A stretch of DNA of 32,000 nucleotides from Bacillus phage PBS1. Positions 16,942 to 26,187 of the stretch are shown one piece after another. The notes under the pieces are model-generated. The model had not been told where the DNA came from and ran no database searches. It saw only the letters and a list, made by a program, of their open reading frames with translations. The stretch is taken from sequence record NC_043027.1. The stretch is one strand, 5' to 3'. Positions within the stretch are counted from its first letter, which is position 1; every line of letters begins with the position of its first letter. The position numbers were made by a program, and so were the translations under genes.

Positions 16942-19056
16942 AACTTTGGAAGTGTGTATGGGGATCCAGCCGCCGCTGAACGTTATAGTGAAGCTAGAAT
17001 CCATAAATTTGCAGAAGAGGTTTTACTTTCAAATATTAATAAAAACATTGTTGATTTTGTTCCAAACTTTGATAATACTTTAGAAGAGCCAAAAGTATTA
17101 CCTTCTATTCTTCCAATGATATTAGTTAATGGTAGTCTCGGTATTGCTGCTGGTTATGCAACCAACCAACATCCACATAATATTAATGAAGTTATTGATG
17201 AGACTATTAAGTATATTAAAGATAATAATTATCAGATCAAGTTACTACCAGATTACCCAACTGGTGGAGTAATTATTAATAAAAGGCAAGTAGAAGAAGC
17301 ATATACTACTGGTAAATCAAAAGCTATTATTAGAGCAAGAATTACCAAAAATGAAAAGAAACATGAATTAGTTATTAGCGAGATCCCATATCTAAAAACA
17401 TCTGATAAACTAATTGAATCTATTCAAAATGTAGCTAATGATAGAATTGAGAAAGGTAATAAAATTCCTAAGAAGATTGAAGGAATTAAAAATATTAAGA
17501 ACCTTTCAGAAAAAGGTAAAATTAATATTATTATTGAAGTAAAGAAAGGTTATGATCTAGATTTAATTGAAAACCAATTATATAAATATACTAATTGTCA
17601 ATTTACCCTACCAATGGACTTTAATGGAGTAATAGACAAGAAGTTTATTAACTTTACTAACGTCAACCAAATTGTTGCAGAATGGTTAAATTTCCGTATT
17701 GTTACTCTTAGACGTTTATTTACAAATGATCTTAAAGATGCTAAGAAGAGAATTCATATTATTGATGGGTTACTTACTGCGTTAGGTACTAATCTAGATC
17801 GTTTGTTAGATATTATCAGAACTAGTAAAAGTAGATCACAAATGGTTGAAACTATTGTAAAAGAATTTAAAATTGAAGAAGATCAAGCTGAATATATTGT
17901 AAATATGAAATTATATCGTATTAACAATATTGAAATTGATCAATTGAAAAAAGAAAGAAAAGACTTAGAAAAGAAATATAACGATACGGTATTATACTTT
18001 AAAGATGATAATAAGATTAATGAGTATATTATCTCTGAACTTGAAAATGCTAAGAAAAAGTTTGGTTGTGAACGAAAAACAACTGTTCTAGATTTAAATA
18101 TAGAAGATATTAATAATAAAGAAAATCTTATTATTGACAGCAACCATACTTTCATTTGTACTAATCGTTATATTAAGAAATTAAATAATACTATCAAAGT
18201 TCAAAAACGTGGTGGTAAAGGAAATAGTATTGGTAAGATTAAATCTGATGATAATCCAATTACTATTTTTAATGCAAATAATAAGGATAATATTCTTATT
18301 TTTACAAATGCAGGAAAAGTTTATTCAAGAAAAGCTTATGAGATTGAAGGTTGTGAAATCCAATCATATGGCTATAATCTAAATGGTATTATTAAAGATG
18401 AAACTCTAACAAATGTCCTTGCAATGACAGATGATGAGATGAATAATGAAAATATCAAAATTGCAATTGGTACTAGATTGAATAAAATTAAACTAGTAGA
18501 TGTAGCAGAATTTAAGAATATTTATCAATCTGGTATTATTGCAACTAAATTAAATGATGGTGATAGTGTTATCTTTGCTCAAAAAGTAGATATGAAAGGA
18601 AAGAATTCTATTATTGCTTGCACTAATACAGGAGCAACAATTAATATGTCACTTGACTCTATCCCAGTAGTTCTTCGCCCTACATTTGGTTCTAACATTT
18701 TTGACAATTCTATTATCAATAAAGGAGATTATATTGCTGGTATTGATCTAGTAACAGAAGAAGTATCACATGCTTTCTTTATCAGTAAAAAAGGATTGGG
18801 AAAACGAGTTGAAATCTCTGAGTTCCCTGAACAAATCCGTGGTGGTAAAGGTCGAATTGGAATTAGAGCAAAAGAAAATGATGAAATTGTGAGAATTGTT
18901 TCTGTTAAACCAGATTCTGATTTAACCATTATTAGTAATACTAGTATTATTGGAATGGACATTGATGAAGTAAGTGTATTACTCCGTCCAGCATTTGGTA
19001 ACACTATTAAGAAATTAAATAAAGATGAGATTATTTTGGGAGCAACCGCTATTTAA
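16942..19056 (+). CDS. gyrA: Exon 3 of GyrA/ParC-like type II topoisomerase subunit
   Basis: NFGSVYGDPAAAERYSEARI (catalytic Tyr context), ILPMILVNGSLGIAAGYATNQHPHN, C-terminal repeats with a GyrA-box-like VQKRGGKGNSIG. Confidence 0.93.
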   Translation, partial: NFGSVYGDPAAAERYSEARIHKFAEEVLLSNINKNIVDFVPNFDNTLEEPKVLPSILPMILVNGSLGIAAGYATNQHPHNINEVIDETIKYIKDNNYQIKLLPDYPTGGVIINKRQVEEAYTTGKSKAIIRARITKNEKKHELVISEIPYLKTSDKLIESIQNVANDRIEKGNKIPKKIEGIKNIKNLSEKGKINIIIEVKKGYDLDLIENQLYKYTNCQFTLPMDFNGVIDKKFINFTNVNQIVAEWLNFRIVTLRRLFTNDLKDAKKRIHIIDGLLTALGTNLDRLLDIIRTSKSRSQMVETIVKEFKIEEDQAEYIVNMKLYRINNIEIDQLKKERKDLEKKYNDTVLYFKDDNKINEYIISELENAKKKFGCERKTTVLDLNIEDINNKENLIIDSNHTFICTNRYIKKLNNTIKVQKRGGKGNSIGKIKSDDNPITIFNANNKDNILIFTNAGKVYSRKAYEIEGCEIQSYGYNLNGIIKDETLTNVLAMTDDEMNNENIKIAIGTRLNKIKLVDVAEFKNIYQSGIIATKLNDGDSVIFAQKVDMKGKNSIIACTNTGATINMSLDSIPVVLRPTFGSNIFDNSIINKGDYIAGIDLVTEEVSHAFFISKKGLGKRVEISEFPEQIRGGKGRIGIRAKENDEIVRIVSVKPDSDLTIISNTSIIGMDIDEVSVLLRPAFGNTIKKLNKDEIILGATAI

Positions 19057-19059
19057 TTA

Positions 19060-19086
19060 GGGAAGACTATTAGTCTTCTCTTTTAT
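19060..19086 (+). terminator. Rho-independent terminator after GyrA-like gene
   Basis: GGGAAGACTA/TAGTCTTCTC stem followed by TTTT. Confidence 0.8.
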
Positions 19087-19240
19087 TATATTGGAGGGAA
19101 ATTAATATATGTATATAAGTACGCTTAAAAAAGGTCAAACATATTCTCAGTAAAATTTATTATAGAAAATGAATATGACTCTTATAATAAAGAACATATG
19201 ATTTCTCTAGCAACTCATGAAATTGAATAATAAAAGATAA

Positions 19241-19717
19241 ATGGGGGAAACTAAAATGATTCAAAAATTAATTAGTGGAGATTTCTTAAATAAAAAATTG
19301 GTATCTATCTCAAATATTCAACCGTATAATGTTCTTAATGAATATCTTGATAGAGAGAGCATTTATGACGATTATCCTGTGGTAAGAAATAAAGGTGAAA
19401 TTGGTTTTACTGTAAAAGAGAGTGTTACATTTAAATTTGAGAATGATGTATGCTTAAACGTATTTGCCTTTTCAAGTGATGATCCAAAAATGGATTATAG
19501 TGTAACTGACTATAACGAAAATGATATCAGTATTAATTCACTAATTGGTAAGAAAATTAAGACATTTAGACAAATTGGGGAACAGGAATTTATTCTTATT
19601 TTTGAAGATAAATTAGAGGTTTATGTGGGAATTGATGATGGTATTTTAAATTGGGAAATTACTAAGGATGGTTCTTACTTTATAGAAAGAGATAAAAATT
19701 TGCTTGTTGCTAATTAA
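19241..19717 (+). CDS. Hypothetical protein
   Basis: 158-aa ORF, with purine-rich GGGGGA upstream. Confidence 0.65.
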   Translation: MGETKMIQKLISGDFLNKKLVSISNIQPYNVLNEYLDRESIYDDYPVVRNKGEIGFTVKESVTFKFENDVCLNVFAFSSDDPKMDYSVTDYNENDISINSLIGKKIKTFRQIGEQEFILIFEDKLEVYVGIDDGILNWEITKDGSYFIERDKNLLVAN

Positions 19718-19740
19718 ACGTATTAAAATAATTAACTAAA

Positions 19741-19763
19741 CATATATTATCTTCCTGATATTA
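19741..19763 (+). promoter_or_regulatory. Putative phage promoter motif, copy
   Basis: CATATATTATCTTCCTGATATTA, 46 nt before the ATG of the 19787 ORF. Confidence 0.4.
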
Positions 19764-19786
19764 ACGAAATATTAGGAGGGTAATAT

Positions 19787-19978
19787 ATGAAAAATTTTGA
19801 GAGTTTCTTTGTAAAGATATTACTATTAGTTTCAACATTCTTTTTGTCTATTTTTGCATATTATTATATGGATTCTGGAAAAGAGCTTATTACAGTATTA
19901 CTTATATATCTCCCATTTTCTTTTGCAGTTTTATGGTCTGAAATAGTAAATTACTATAAAAATAAAAAACCGTATTAA
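19787..19978 (+). CDS. Small membrane protein
   Basis: 63 aa with two hydrophobic segments; TTAGGAGG RBS. Confidence 0.7.
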   Translation: MKNFESFFVKILLLVSTFFLSIFAYYYMDSGKELITVLLIYLPFSFAVLWSEIVNYYKNKKPY

Positions 19979-19992
19979 ACTACCTAAGCAAA

Positions 19993-20015
19993 TATATATT
20001 ATAATCTTGATATAG
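19993..20015 (+). promoter_or_regulatory. Putative phage promoter motif, copy
   Basis: TATATATTATAATCTTGATATAG, 47 nt before the ATG of the 20040 ORF. Confidence 0.4.
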
Positions 20016-20039
20016 TTAAAATAAAGGGAGAGATATATA

Positions 20040-20228
20040 ATGATTGAAAGTTTACAGAGAAAATTTAAATGGTTCAAAATAATAATGACTATTAGTACCA
20101 TTATTGGACTATTTATAGTATTGGGAATTCTATTTAGATTTGTATTGGCAATATTATTTTCTAAATTATTTTGGTTGGCTTTGATTATTGGATTCTTAGT
20201 ATATGTGATTACTAAAAGTAAAAAATAA
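20040..20228 (+). CDS. Small membrane protein
   Basis: 62 aa, largely hydrophobic; AAGGGAG RBS. Confidence 0.7.
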   Translation: MIESLQRKFKWFKIIMTISTIIGLFIVLGILFRFVLAILFSKLFWLALIIGFLVYVITKSKK

Positions 20229-20245
20229 AAGTTATATAAAGGAGA

Positions 20246-20626
20246 ATGAATAAAATGAACTCAAGTAATTATGCAGTAGTAAGAGATTTAGAAAAAGAAG
20301 AGATTTTGATTGAAGAGAGAAAGACAAAAATTGAAAATTTCTTGAGTAACTTATATAATTATACATTCTTATCATTAATTGTAATTACAGTTATTATTTG
20401 TTCTTGGAAGATGATTGATAACCATAATATCAATGTGCAATTTAATGATGCAAAGAAAGAAGAGATTATAGTTCAAAATGGGGAAACATTATGGACAATT
20501 GTTGATAAAACTAATTTCCAAGATGATTTAGATAAAGAAACTATTATTAGAAAAATTAGGGAAATAAATAATATGTCTACTAGTGATATTGTTGCTGGAG
20601 AAACTTTAGTTATTCCAGTTAAATAA
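20246..20626 (+). CDS. Membrane-anchored LysM-domain protein
   Basis: TM FLSLIVITVIICSW, then VQNGETLWTIVDKTN...REINNMSTSDIVAGETLVIPVK (LysM). Confidence 0.8.
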   Translation: MNKMNSSNYAVVRDLEKEEILIEERKTKIENFLSNLYNYTFLSLIVITVIICSWKMIDNHNINVQFNDAKKEEIIVQNGETLWTIVDKTNFQDDLDKETIIRKIREINNMSTSDIVAGETLVIPVK

Positions 20627-20652
20627 TAAATAAAATATGGGAGTGTTGTACT

Positions 20653-21027
20653 ATGAGGAAAACAATATTTAGTATTCAAGGAACTTCAAATTATATAGAG
20701 AATGGAATTAATATTCCTCTCTCTTTTGATGGAGATTTTGGAGGTAAGGATTTTGAACTTCAATTATTTGGTACAGCTCTCAATATTATATTAAATAAAG
20801 ATTATAATTTTACACAATATCTAGAGTACATTGAACATTTTTCAGAGGATACTGAAATTAGTAAATTCTTTAACTCAAATGTGAATGATATTAAATCTTT
20901 AGTATTTCCTTGGAAGGGTAATGAGATTAGATTTGAAGTTTCTTTAGTAGGTGGAAGAATTTATTATTCAATTGGTTTAAATGGTAAGTCATATGGTTTA
21001 GAGCTAGAAGAAGTGATAACAGGTTGA
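20653..21027 (+). CDS. Hypothetical protein
   Basis: 124-aa ORF following the LysM gene. Confidence 0.6.
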   Translation: MRKTIFSIQGTSNYIENGINIPLSFDGDFGGKDFELQLFGTALNIILNKDYNFTQYLEYIEHFSEDTEISKFFNSNVNDIKSLVFPWKGNEIRFEVSLVGGRIYYSIGLNGKSYGLELEEVITG

Positions 21028-21033
21028 TTAGTT

Positions 21034-21071
21034 AATAATGAGAGCATAAGCTCTCATTATTTTTTTTTTTA
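21034..21071. terminator. Bidirectional terminator between convergent genes
   Basis: AATAATGAGAGC-ATAA-GCTCTCATTATT followed by a long T run. Confidence 0.9.
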
Positions 21072-22334
21072 TAAATTAATAATTTGTTCATCACTTGCAT
21101 TTGACATGATTTTATTTTTAAGATCACCCAATTTTAAAAATTGATGTACTTTCTTTAAATTTTCTATTTCAAGACTTCCACTATTTATCATTTTATTAAT
21201 TAATTCAAGTTGCTTTTTTATATCTTTTTTCTGTTCAATTGAGATCTCTTTATTACTAGTTAACTCATGTTCCAGCTTTTTCTTAATTAATAAAATTCTC
21301 TTGTAGGTTGTTGGGTGCGGTTCGAAAAAATAAAAAAATAGATCCAATTGCATTTCATATAATGATAAATAGTTAAGGAATACTTTATTATTTGCATTTT
21401 TATTCTTTTTAAAATCAGTTAATAATGATCCTAATGAAAATCCATATCCATACATAGTGGCAAAGCTGTCTGAAAATCTTTCTTGATCATAATCTTTATC
21501 AAGAAAATTAAATGCCAAATTAATAACATTATCTCCGATACTACTATTGAATATATTATTCTTAATATCATTTATTTTTTTAATATGAGGAAAGAAGTCG
21601 GATATTTTTTTATTAATCATAGTTATTTTTGATAAACTTTTATATGTTAGATCATTTACTTTTATCTTTTTTTCTAATGTTACAGCTTTTTTAGGAGAAA
21701 TAAGTGATATTGTAAAGAATAAGACTCTATAAAAATCCCTAATTATAGCAGTGATAATATTTTTTAATATTTTATATTTAATATCACCACCATCTTTTTT
21801 TATTTTGACAATTTTAAAGAGTTGTTTTGTATAATTTAATAATCTATATAGTCCTGAAAGTGGATAAATTGAGGCTCTAAAATAATTTTTTAGATCTAAC
21901 ATCCTTCTTAGATAAAAAAATTGATGTCCAAATTCATGTAGAATTGCAGAAATAATTTTCTCCTCTGAACTTTCTTTTATTAATCTTGATGATAAATGAA
22001 GAACTAATTCTTTTTTTACTTTATCCTTAAATTTATATCCCTCTTTTGTCTTTATAACTTCATAATATTCTAAGTCCATATCCTTAAAACTGTTAAAATC
22101 AATAAAAGACATAACTCCAGCATATAAATTTTTTTCATCTGGTGTAATAAGAATATTTACATTTTTTATATTAAATAATTCTTCAAATAATTTTTCTATT
22201 TCTCTTAGTTTATTGCTTTTATTTGGATTTTTTCCTTTCTTCATCATATTCTTTAAATCAGTTAGATATTCTTCACATTTAATAAGCTTATCATTTTTCC
22301 CAAAATATGATTCCAATATTAAAGTCTTAACCAT
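21069..22334 (-). CDS. M48-like zinc metalloprotease with membrane segments
   Basis: EEKIISAILHEFGHQFFYLRR (HExxH), downstream ERFSDSFATMYGYGFSLG third-ligand-like motif, hydrophobic VLFFTISLISP. Confidence 0.75.
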   Translation of the reverse strand: MVKTLILESYFGKNDKLIKCEEYLTDLKNMMKKGKNPNKSNKLREIEKLFEELFNIKNVNILITPDEKNLYAGVMSFIDFNSFKDMDLEYYEVIKTKEGYKFKDKVKKELVLHLSSRLIKESSEEKIISAILHEFGHQFFYLRRMLDLKNYFRASIYPLSGLYRLLNYTKQLFKIVKIKKDGGDIKYKILKNIITAIIRDFYRVLFFTISLISPKKAVTLEKKIKVNDLTYKSLSKITMINKKISDFFPHIKKINDIKNNIFNSSIGDNVINLAFNFLDKDYDQERFSDSFATMYGYGFSLGSLLTDFKKNKNANNKVFLNYLSLYEMQLDLFFYFFEPHPTTYKRILLIKKKLEHELTSNKEISIEQKKDIKKQLELINKMINSGSLEIENLKKVHQFLKLGDLKNKIMSNASDEQIINL

Positions 22335-22365
22335 TTAAAAACCTCCTTAACGTTTAATATCTTAT

Positions 22366-22400
22366 TAAAATGTTTCCTAATATACATAGTAAACATTTTA
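22366..22400. repeat. Inverted repeat in divergent promoter region
   Basis: TAAAATGTTT-N15-AAACATTTTA between divergent ORFs 21069-22334(-) and 22431-23594(+). Confidence 0.6.
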
Positions 22401-22430
22401 TTATAAACTGACAGGAGAGGAAGAAGTTTT

Positions 22431-23594
22431 ATGAATCACACTGTGATAAAAGATAACTTAGAAAAAGCTATTCATGTTGCTTTATCTGATAAACATAATA
22501 CTGACAAATTAAATCATATAGTTAAGAAATATATAGATCATAATAACCAAATATTATATGCAAATGCTCCTATAGAGAGACTTTACTTTTCAGATGTTGA
22601 TAGAGAACATGTTTTTAATATTATCAATATTAAAAAAGAATATGTAAATGAAATAATTAAAAAAGTAGATATGATTAAAAGTTCATGGAAAATTGTTAAA
22701 AATCCTTTCAATATAGCAATGACAATGATTATTCGGCAATACTCAATAGATAAAAAAGAAGAATCATTAAATAATGCATTATTATATTTAACTCTTGCTC
22801 TCTATAGCTCACTACACTATAAATATTTTCGCTTATTTACTCCAAATGAAAATGTAATGAGTTATACTATTAATAATTTAAATAATAAATTTTTATTTAA
22901 ACAATATGGTGTAGTAATTAAGGCTCTTTTTCATACAGCTAATAAAACGTTAGAGAAATATAAAAAAGAATTAGAGCGAGGAAATGACATGGATATTGTT
23001 AATTTCTTAATGTTTCTACAAACTCGTTTAAATAATCTCATGAAAAATTTTACCAACGAGTATATGAAAAATTATAAGAATAAAAATTTTTTAAATACTG
23101 AAAAAGATAGTAATGATGCAGATAATTATTTTGAAACTGATAATGTTTCATTAATGATATCTCGTTTAACTAGTCAAACGACTAATAAGTTTTATTCAGG
23201 AGATTTAAATGATAAGTTAATTAGAGTTTCATCTAAATTTAGTGATGTAAGCCCTATCACACTTAAATATGCTTTAGAAAGTATTAAAAAGAATGAGCGA
23301 GAAAAAGTTGAAAGTCTTATTCAATCTATTCTACAAGTATATTTGATTGATGGAAAGAATAGTTATGAAAGTATAGCTTCTCAGAGATTTATTGCATATT
23401 GTATTTCCATATATTCTAAGAGTAATACAAAAGATGTGAATATTCTGAGAATTAAAAAACTTCTTGATTATTTTCTTAAGAATAATAGTAATAAATACAG
23501 TGAAACTGAGAGAGAAGCTACTAGAATCAGTTATAGAAAAGCATTTTATATGTATATTGTATTATTTATCCAGCAAAATCAATTAAAACACTAA
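22431..23594 (+). CDS. Hypothetical protein
   Basis: 387-aa ORF with GGAGAGGAAG RBS. Confidence 0.75.
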   Translation: MNHTVIKDNLEKAIHVALSDKHNTDKLNHIVKKYIDHNNQILYANAPIERLYFSDVDREHVFNIINIKKEYVNEIIKKVDMIKSSWKIVKNPFNIAMTMIIRQYSIDKKEESLNNALLYLTLALYSSLHYKYFRLFTPNENVMSYTINNLNNKFLFKQYGVVIKALFHTANKTLEKYKKELERGNDMDIVNFLMFLQTRLNNLMKNFTNEYMKNYKNKNFLNTEKDSNDADNYFETDNVSLMISRLTSQTTNKFYSGDLNDKLIRVSSKFSDVSPITLKYALESIKKNEREKVESLIQSILQVYLIDGKNSYESIASQRFIAYCISIYSKSNTKDVNILRIKKLLDYFLKNNSNKYSETEREATRISYRKAFYMYIVLFIQQNQLKH

Positions 23595-23598
23595 AAGG

Positions 23599-23632
23599 TA
23601 ATTACTGTCAATCTAATTTGACAGTAATTATT
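23599..23632 (+). terminator. Rho-independent terminator
   Basis: TAATTACTGTCAA / TTGACAGTAATTA followed by TTTATTT. Confidence 0.85.
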
Positions 23633-23670
23633 TATTTCTCTTGAACATTACTATATAATTAATAAAGGAG

Positions 23671-24021
23671 TTGAGGAATATGCCAAGTAATACAGCTAAG
23701 GGATGGGAAGACCAATTATCATGGGATGATTCAACAAGTACAGATGGTGGTTCTTCCTCTATTACAATTGCACCTGAAGAACCAGTACAACTTATCAGAG
23801 ATCCAGAAACAAATCAAGTTACTAAGGTAGTTTATGGAAACATGTCTCGGATGATGGAAGGAGAACCTGTTGTCATGTGGTCAGAAGAAATTCTTCGTGA
23901 TGAGGAAACTGGTCAAGTAATTGGTATTAGAACTGTTAGACCTAATGGAACCTCTACAGTTGAAACTATTCTTCGTGATGAAAATGGCATGTTTCTTGGT
24001 ACAGAATTGAAATATGAATAG
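23671..24021 (+). CDS. Putative structural/accessory protein with repeated (I/V)LRDE.G...G.. motif
   Basis: EEILRDEETGQVIGIRTVRPNG...ETILRDENGMFLGTELKYE; first gene of the late structural-looking block. Confidence 0.55.
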   Translation: MRNMPSNTAKGWEDQLSWDDSTSTDGGSSSITIAPEEPVQLIRDPETNQVTKVVYGNMSRMMEGEPVVMWSEEILRDEETGQVIGIRTVRPNGTSTVETILRDENGMFLGTELKYE

Positions 24022-24033
24022 AGGTGATATAAG

Positions 24034-24735
24034 TTGGGTTTACCAAGTCTAATTATAAACTTTGAAGAGATTAAGGATCCAATTATTAGGGCTATTAATG
24101 AAGCAGCAATTTCAGTATCAGTTGGTGATGTAACTTTAGATTCTTCCTCTATTACAATTGATACAACTGAAATTGAAAAATCTTTAGATGATATTCTATC
24201 TAAATTAGGAACTGTTGATAGTAATATTAAATTAGTTCAGGATGCTAGTAAAAATATTCTTAATAGTTTAATTGCTCATGATAATAATCTTAAAAATTCA
24301 ATGGATCAATTAGGAACTAAACTTGACAATATATTAAGTACAACTACAAGTATGTTTAATATATTGGAAGAAATTAAGAAACAATTGGCAACTGAAGGAA
24401 ATCAAAGAGCCATTGGATACTCACTTGCAGTTCCAAGTGTAGCTGGTAGTTACACAAAAGTTTTTACTAGTGATAAAGATACTATTTTAACTGGGATAAC
24501 TATCTCTCAATCAGCATGGAATAACAATGATAAATGGTCTCTAAAAATTGGTGATTTTATTATGTTTGATAGAATTTATACTAAAAATCGTGGAGAACAT
24601 AAAGAATTAAAGAAATTCTTTCCAGTACCAGCTAATACACCAATAACATTTCAATTTGATAATACTAGTAGTGCCAATAGTAAGTATGTATGGTTTGATA
24701 TTGACTATATTGAAATTGATAAACCTACAGTTTGA
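24034..24735 (+). CDS. Putative virion/tail protein, paralog family C member 1
   Basis: Start MGLPSLIINFEEIKDPIIRAINEAAISVS; C-terminus FFPVPANTPITFQFDNTSSANSKYVWFDIDYI. Start is possibly TTG at 24034. Confidence 0.65.
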   Translation: MGLPSLIINFEEIKDPIIRAINEAAISVSVGDVTLDSSSITIDTTEIEKSLDDILSKLGTVDSNIKLVQDASKNILNSLIAHDNNLKNSMDQLGTKLDNILSTTTSMFNILEEIKKQLATEGNQRAIGYSLAVPSVAGSYTKVFTSDKDTILTGITISQSAWNNNDKWSLKIGDFIMFDRIYTKNRGEHKELKKFFPVPANTPITFQFDNTSSANSKYVWFDIDYIEIDKPTV

Positions 24736-24751
24736 TTAGGAGGTAACTTAA

Positions 24752-25444
24752 ATGGGGCTTCCTTCTTATATAATAAACTATAATGACTCTGCAAAATATA
24801 TTCAGGAGGCTATTAGAGATGCTAGATTATCTTTATCCATAAGTGACGTTAATATGGATAAAGTCACTGAAGCTATATTAAATACTTCAGTAGTTGAAGG
24901 CAAATTAAGCTCGATAGTTGATATAAATGATGTTATTAATCAGACTATTTCTAATTTATCATCCGATATTGAAAATATATCTAACTTCATTATTACAACA
25001 AGTGAAGAAAATAAAGAAATAATAAATCAAATTGAAACTAAATTAAAATCTCAGTTAGATGTTACAAAAAGTATTAAAGATACAGTATCTGGTATAGCTG
25101 ATAAGCTAAGTCCCCAAGGAGAACAAAGAATTAAAGGTTTTTATGAATATGTTCCTCCTATAAGAGAGGATTTTATATTAGAGTTTATACAGAATAGGGA
25201 TATTGAACTAACAGCAATTTCTATGTCCCAAATAGGTTGGAAATATGAAGATACCTATGATTTAATGGTTGGTGAAGATATTATATTTAGTAATATCTCT
25301 ACAAAAGAAGTTGCCCAAAAAAAGAAATTTAATAAAGGACTAAAAGTACCTGCTAATACTTCTATAAAATTTATTCTTCATAATAATAGTGGTAATAGTA
25401 GACAGATGTGGTTAGATATAGAGTATTTAATAAAACCACAGTAA
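24752..25444 (+). CDS. Putative virion/tail protein, paralog family C member 2
   Basis: MGLPSYIINYNDSAKYIQEAIRDARLSLS; LKVPANTSIKFILHNNSGNSRQMWLDIEYL. Confidence 0.65.
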   Translation: MGLPSYIINYNDSAKYIQEAIRDARLSLSISDVNMDKVTEAILNTSVVEGKLSSIVDINDVINQTISNLSSDIENISNFIITTSEENKEIINQIETKLKSQLDVTKSIKDTVSGIADKLSPQGEQRIKGFYEYVPPIREDFILEFIQNRDIELTAISMSQIGWKYEDTYDLMVGEDIIFSNISTKEVAQKKKFNKGLKVPANTSIKFILHNNSGNSRQMWLDIEYLIKPQ

Positions 25445-25461
25445 GGAGGTTTATTCATTAA

Positions 25462-26148
25462 ATGGGAATGCCTTCTCATATTATTAATCGTGAAGATCTA
25501 GAACAAATAATTATTCAGGCTCTTAATTCTAACAGTTTAAAAGTCAATTTAACAGGTTTAAAACTTCCAGAGACAGTTATTTCAGGAAATACAGAAGGTA
25601 TTGAAACCGGAATGAAATCAATATTAGATGTATTGAATACACAGTCTCAGAATGCTCAAGACTTATTTATGTCTGTCAGTAACTTATTAGCAAATACTAC
25701 CATAGTTGAGGACTTATATATTGACAGATTATATGATTTGTCATTACTAGTTTCAAGATTAATTGCTGAAGAATTAGAGATAAATGAATTATTAAATAAA
25801 ATAAAAGATTATTTATCTCTAAAAGGAATTGATAAGTCAGTTAGTATCCGTAAAGATATTCCAAGTGTTAATGGAACCTACTATTTGAATTGTAAAGTTT
25901 CTGAAGAATCAAATATTACTAAAATTACAAGTTTTCAAAATCAATATGATTTTTCAGACTGTTGGGATTTAAGAGTTAATGGAGTAACTGTGTTTGAAAA
26001 TGTTTTTTCTAAGGGAATTGAACAAAGAAAATATTTTTCTTCACCTTTAAAAGTTATTCCTACTGATAGAGTTGAATTTTTATTTTATAATAATAGTGGA
26101 AAACAAAAAACTATATATTATGATATTGATTTTCTCACTATTAGCTAA
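25462..26148 (+). CDS. Putative virion/tail protein, paralog family C member 3
   Basis: MGMPSHIINREDLEQIIIQALNSNSLKVN; LKVIPTDRVEFLFYNNSGKQKTIYYDIDFL. Confidence 0.65.
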   Translation: MGMPSHIINREDLEQIIIQALNSNSLKVNLTGLKLPETVISGNTEGIETGMKSILDVLNTQSQNAQDLFMSVSNLLANTTIVEDLYIDRLYDLSLLVSRLIAEELEINELLNKIKDYLSLKGIDKSVSIRKDIPSVNGTYYLNCKVSEESNITKITSFQNQYDFSDCWDLRVNGVTVFENVFSKGIEQRKYFSSPLKVIPTDRVEFLFYNNSGKQKTIYYDIDFLTIS

Positions 26149-26187
26149 TTTCCTAGCTAAATAATACCCCATTAATGGAAGGAGGAA

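Noticed and set aside
17940-19004. Minus-strand ORFs 17940-18155 and 18729-19004
   Set aside because: Both are fully inside the GyrA-like exon 3 reading frame.
20473-20679. Minus-strand 68-aa ORF
   Set aside because: Antisense to the LysM-protein gene and the start of the next gene.
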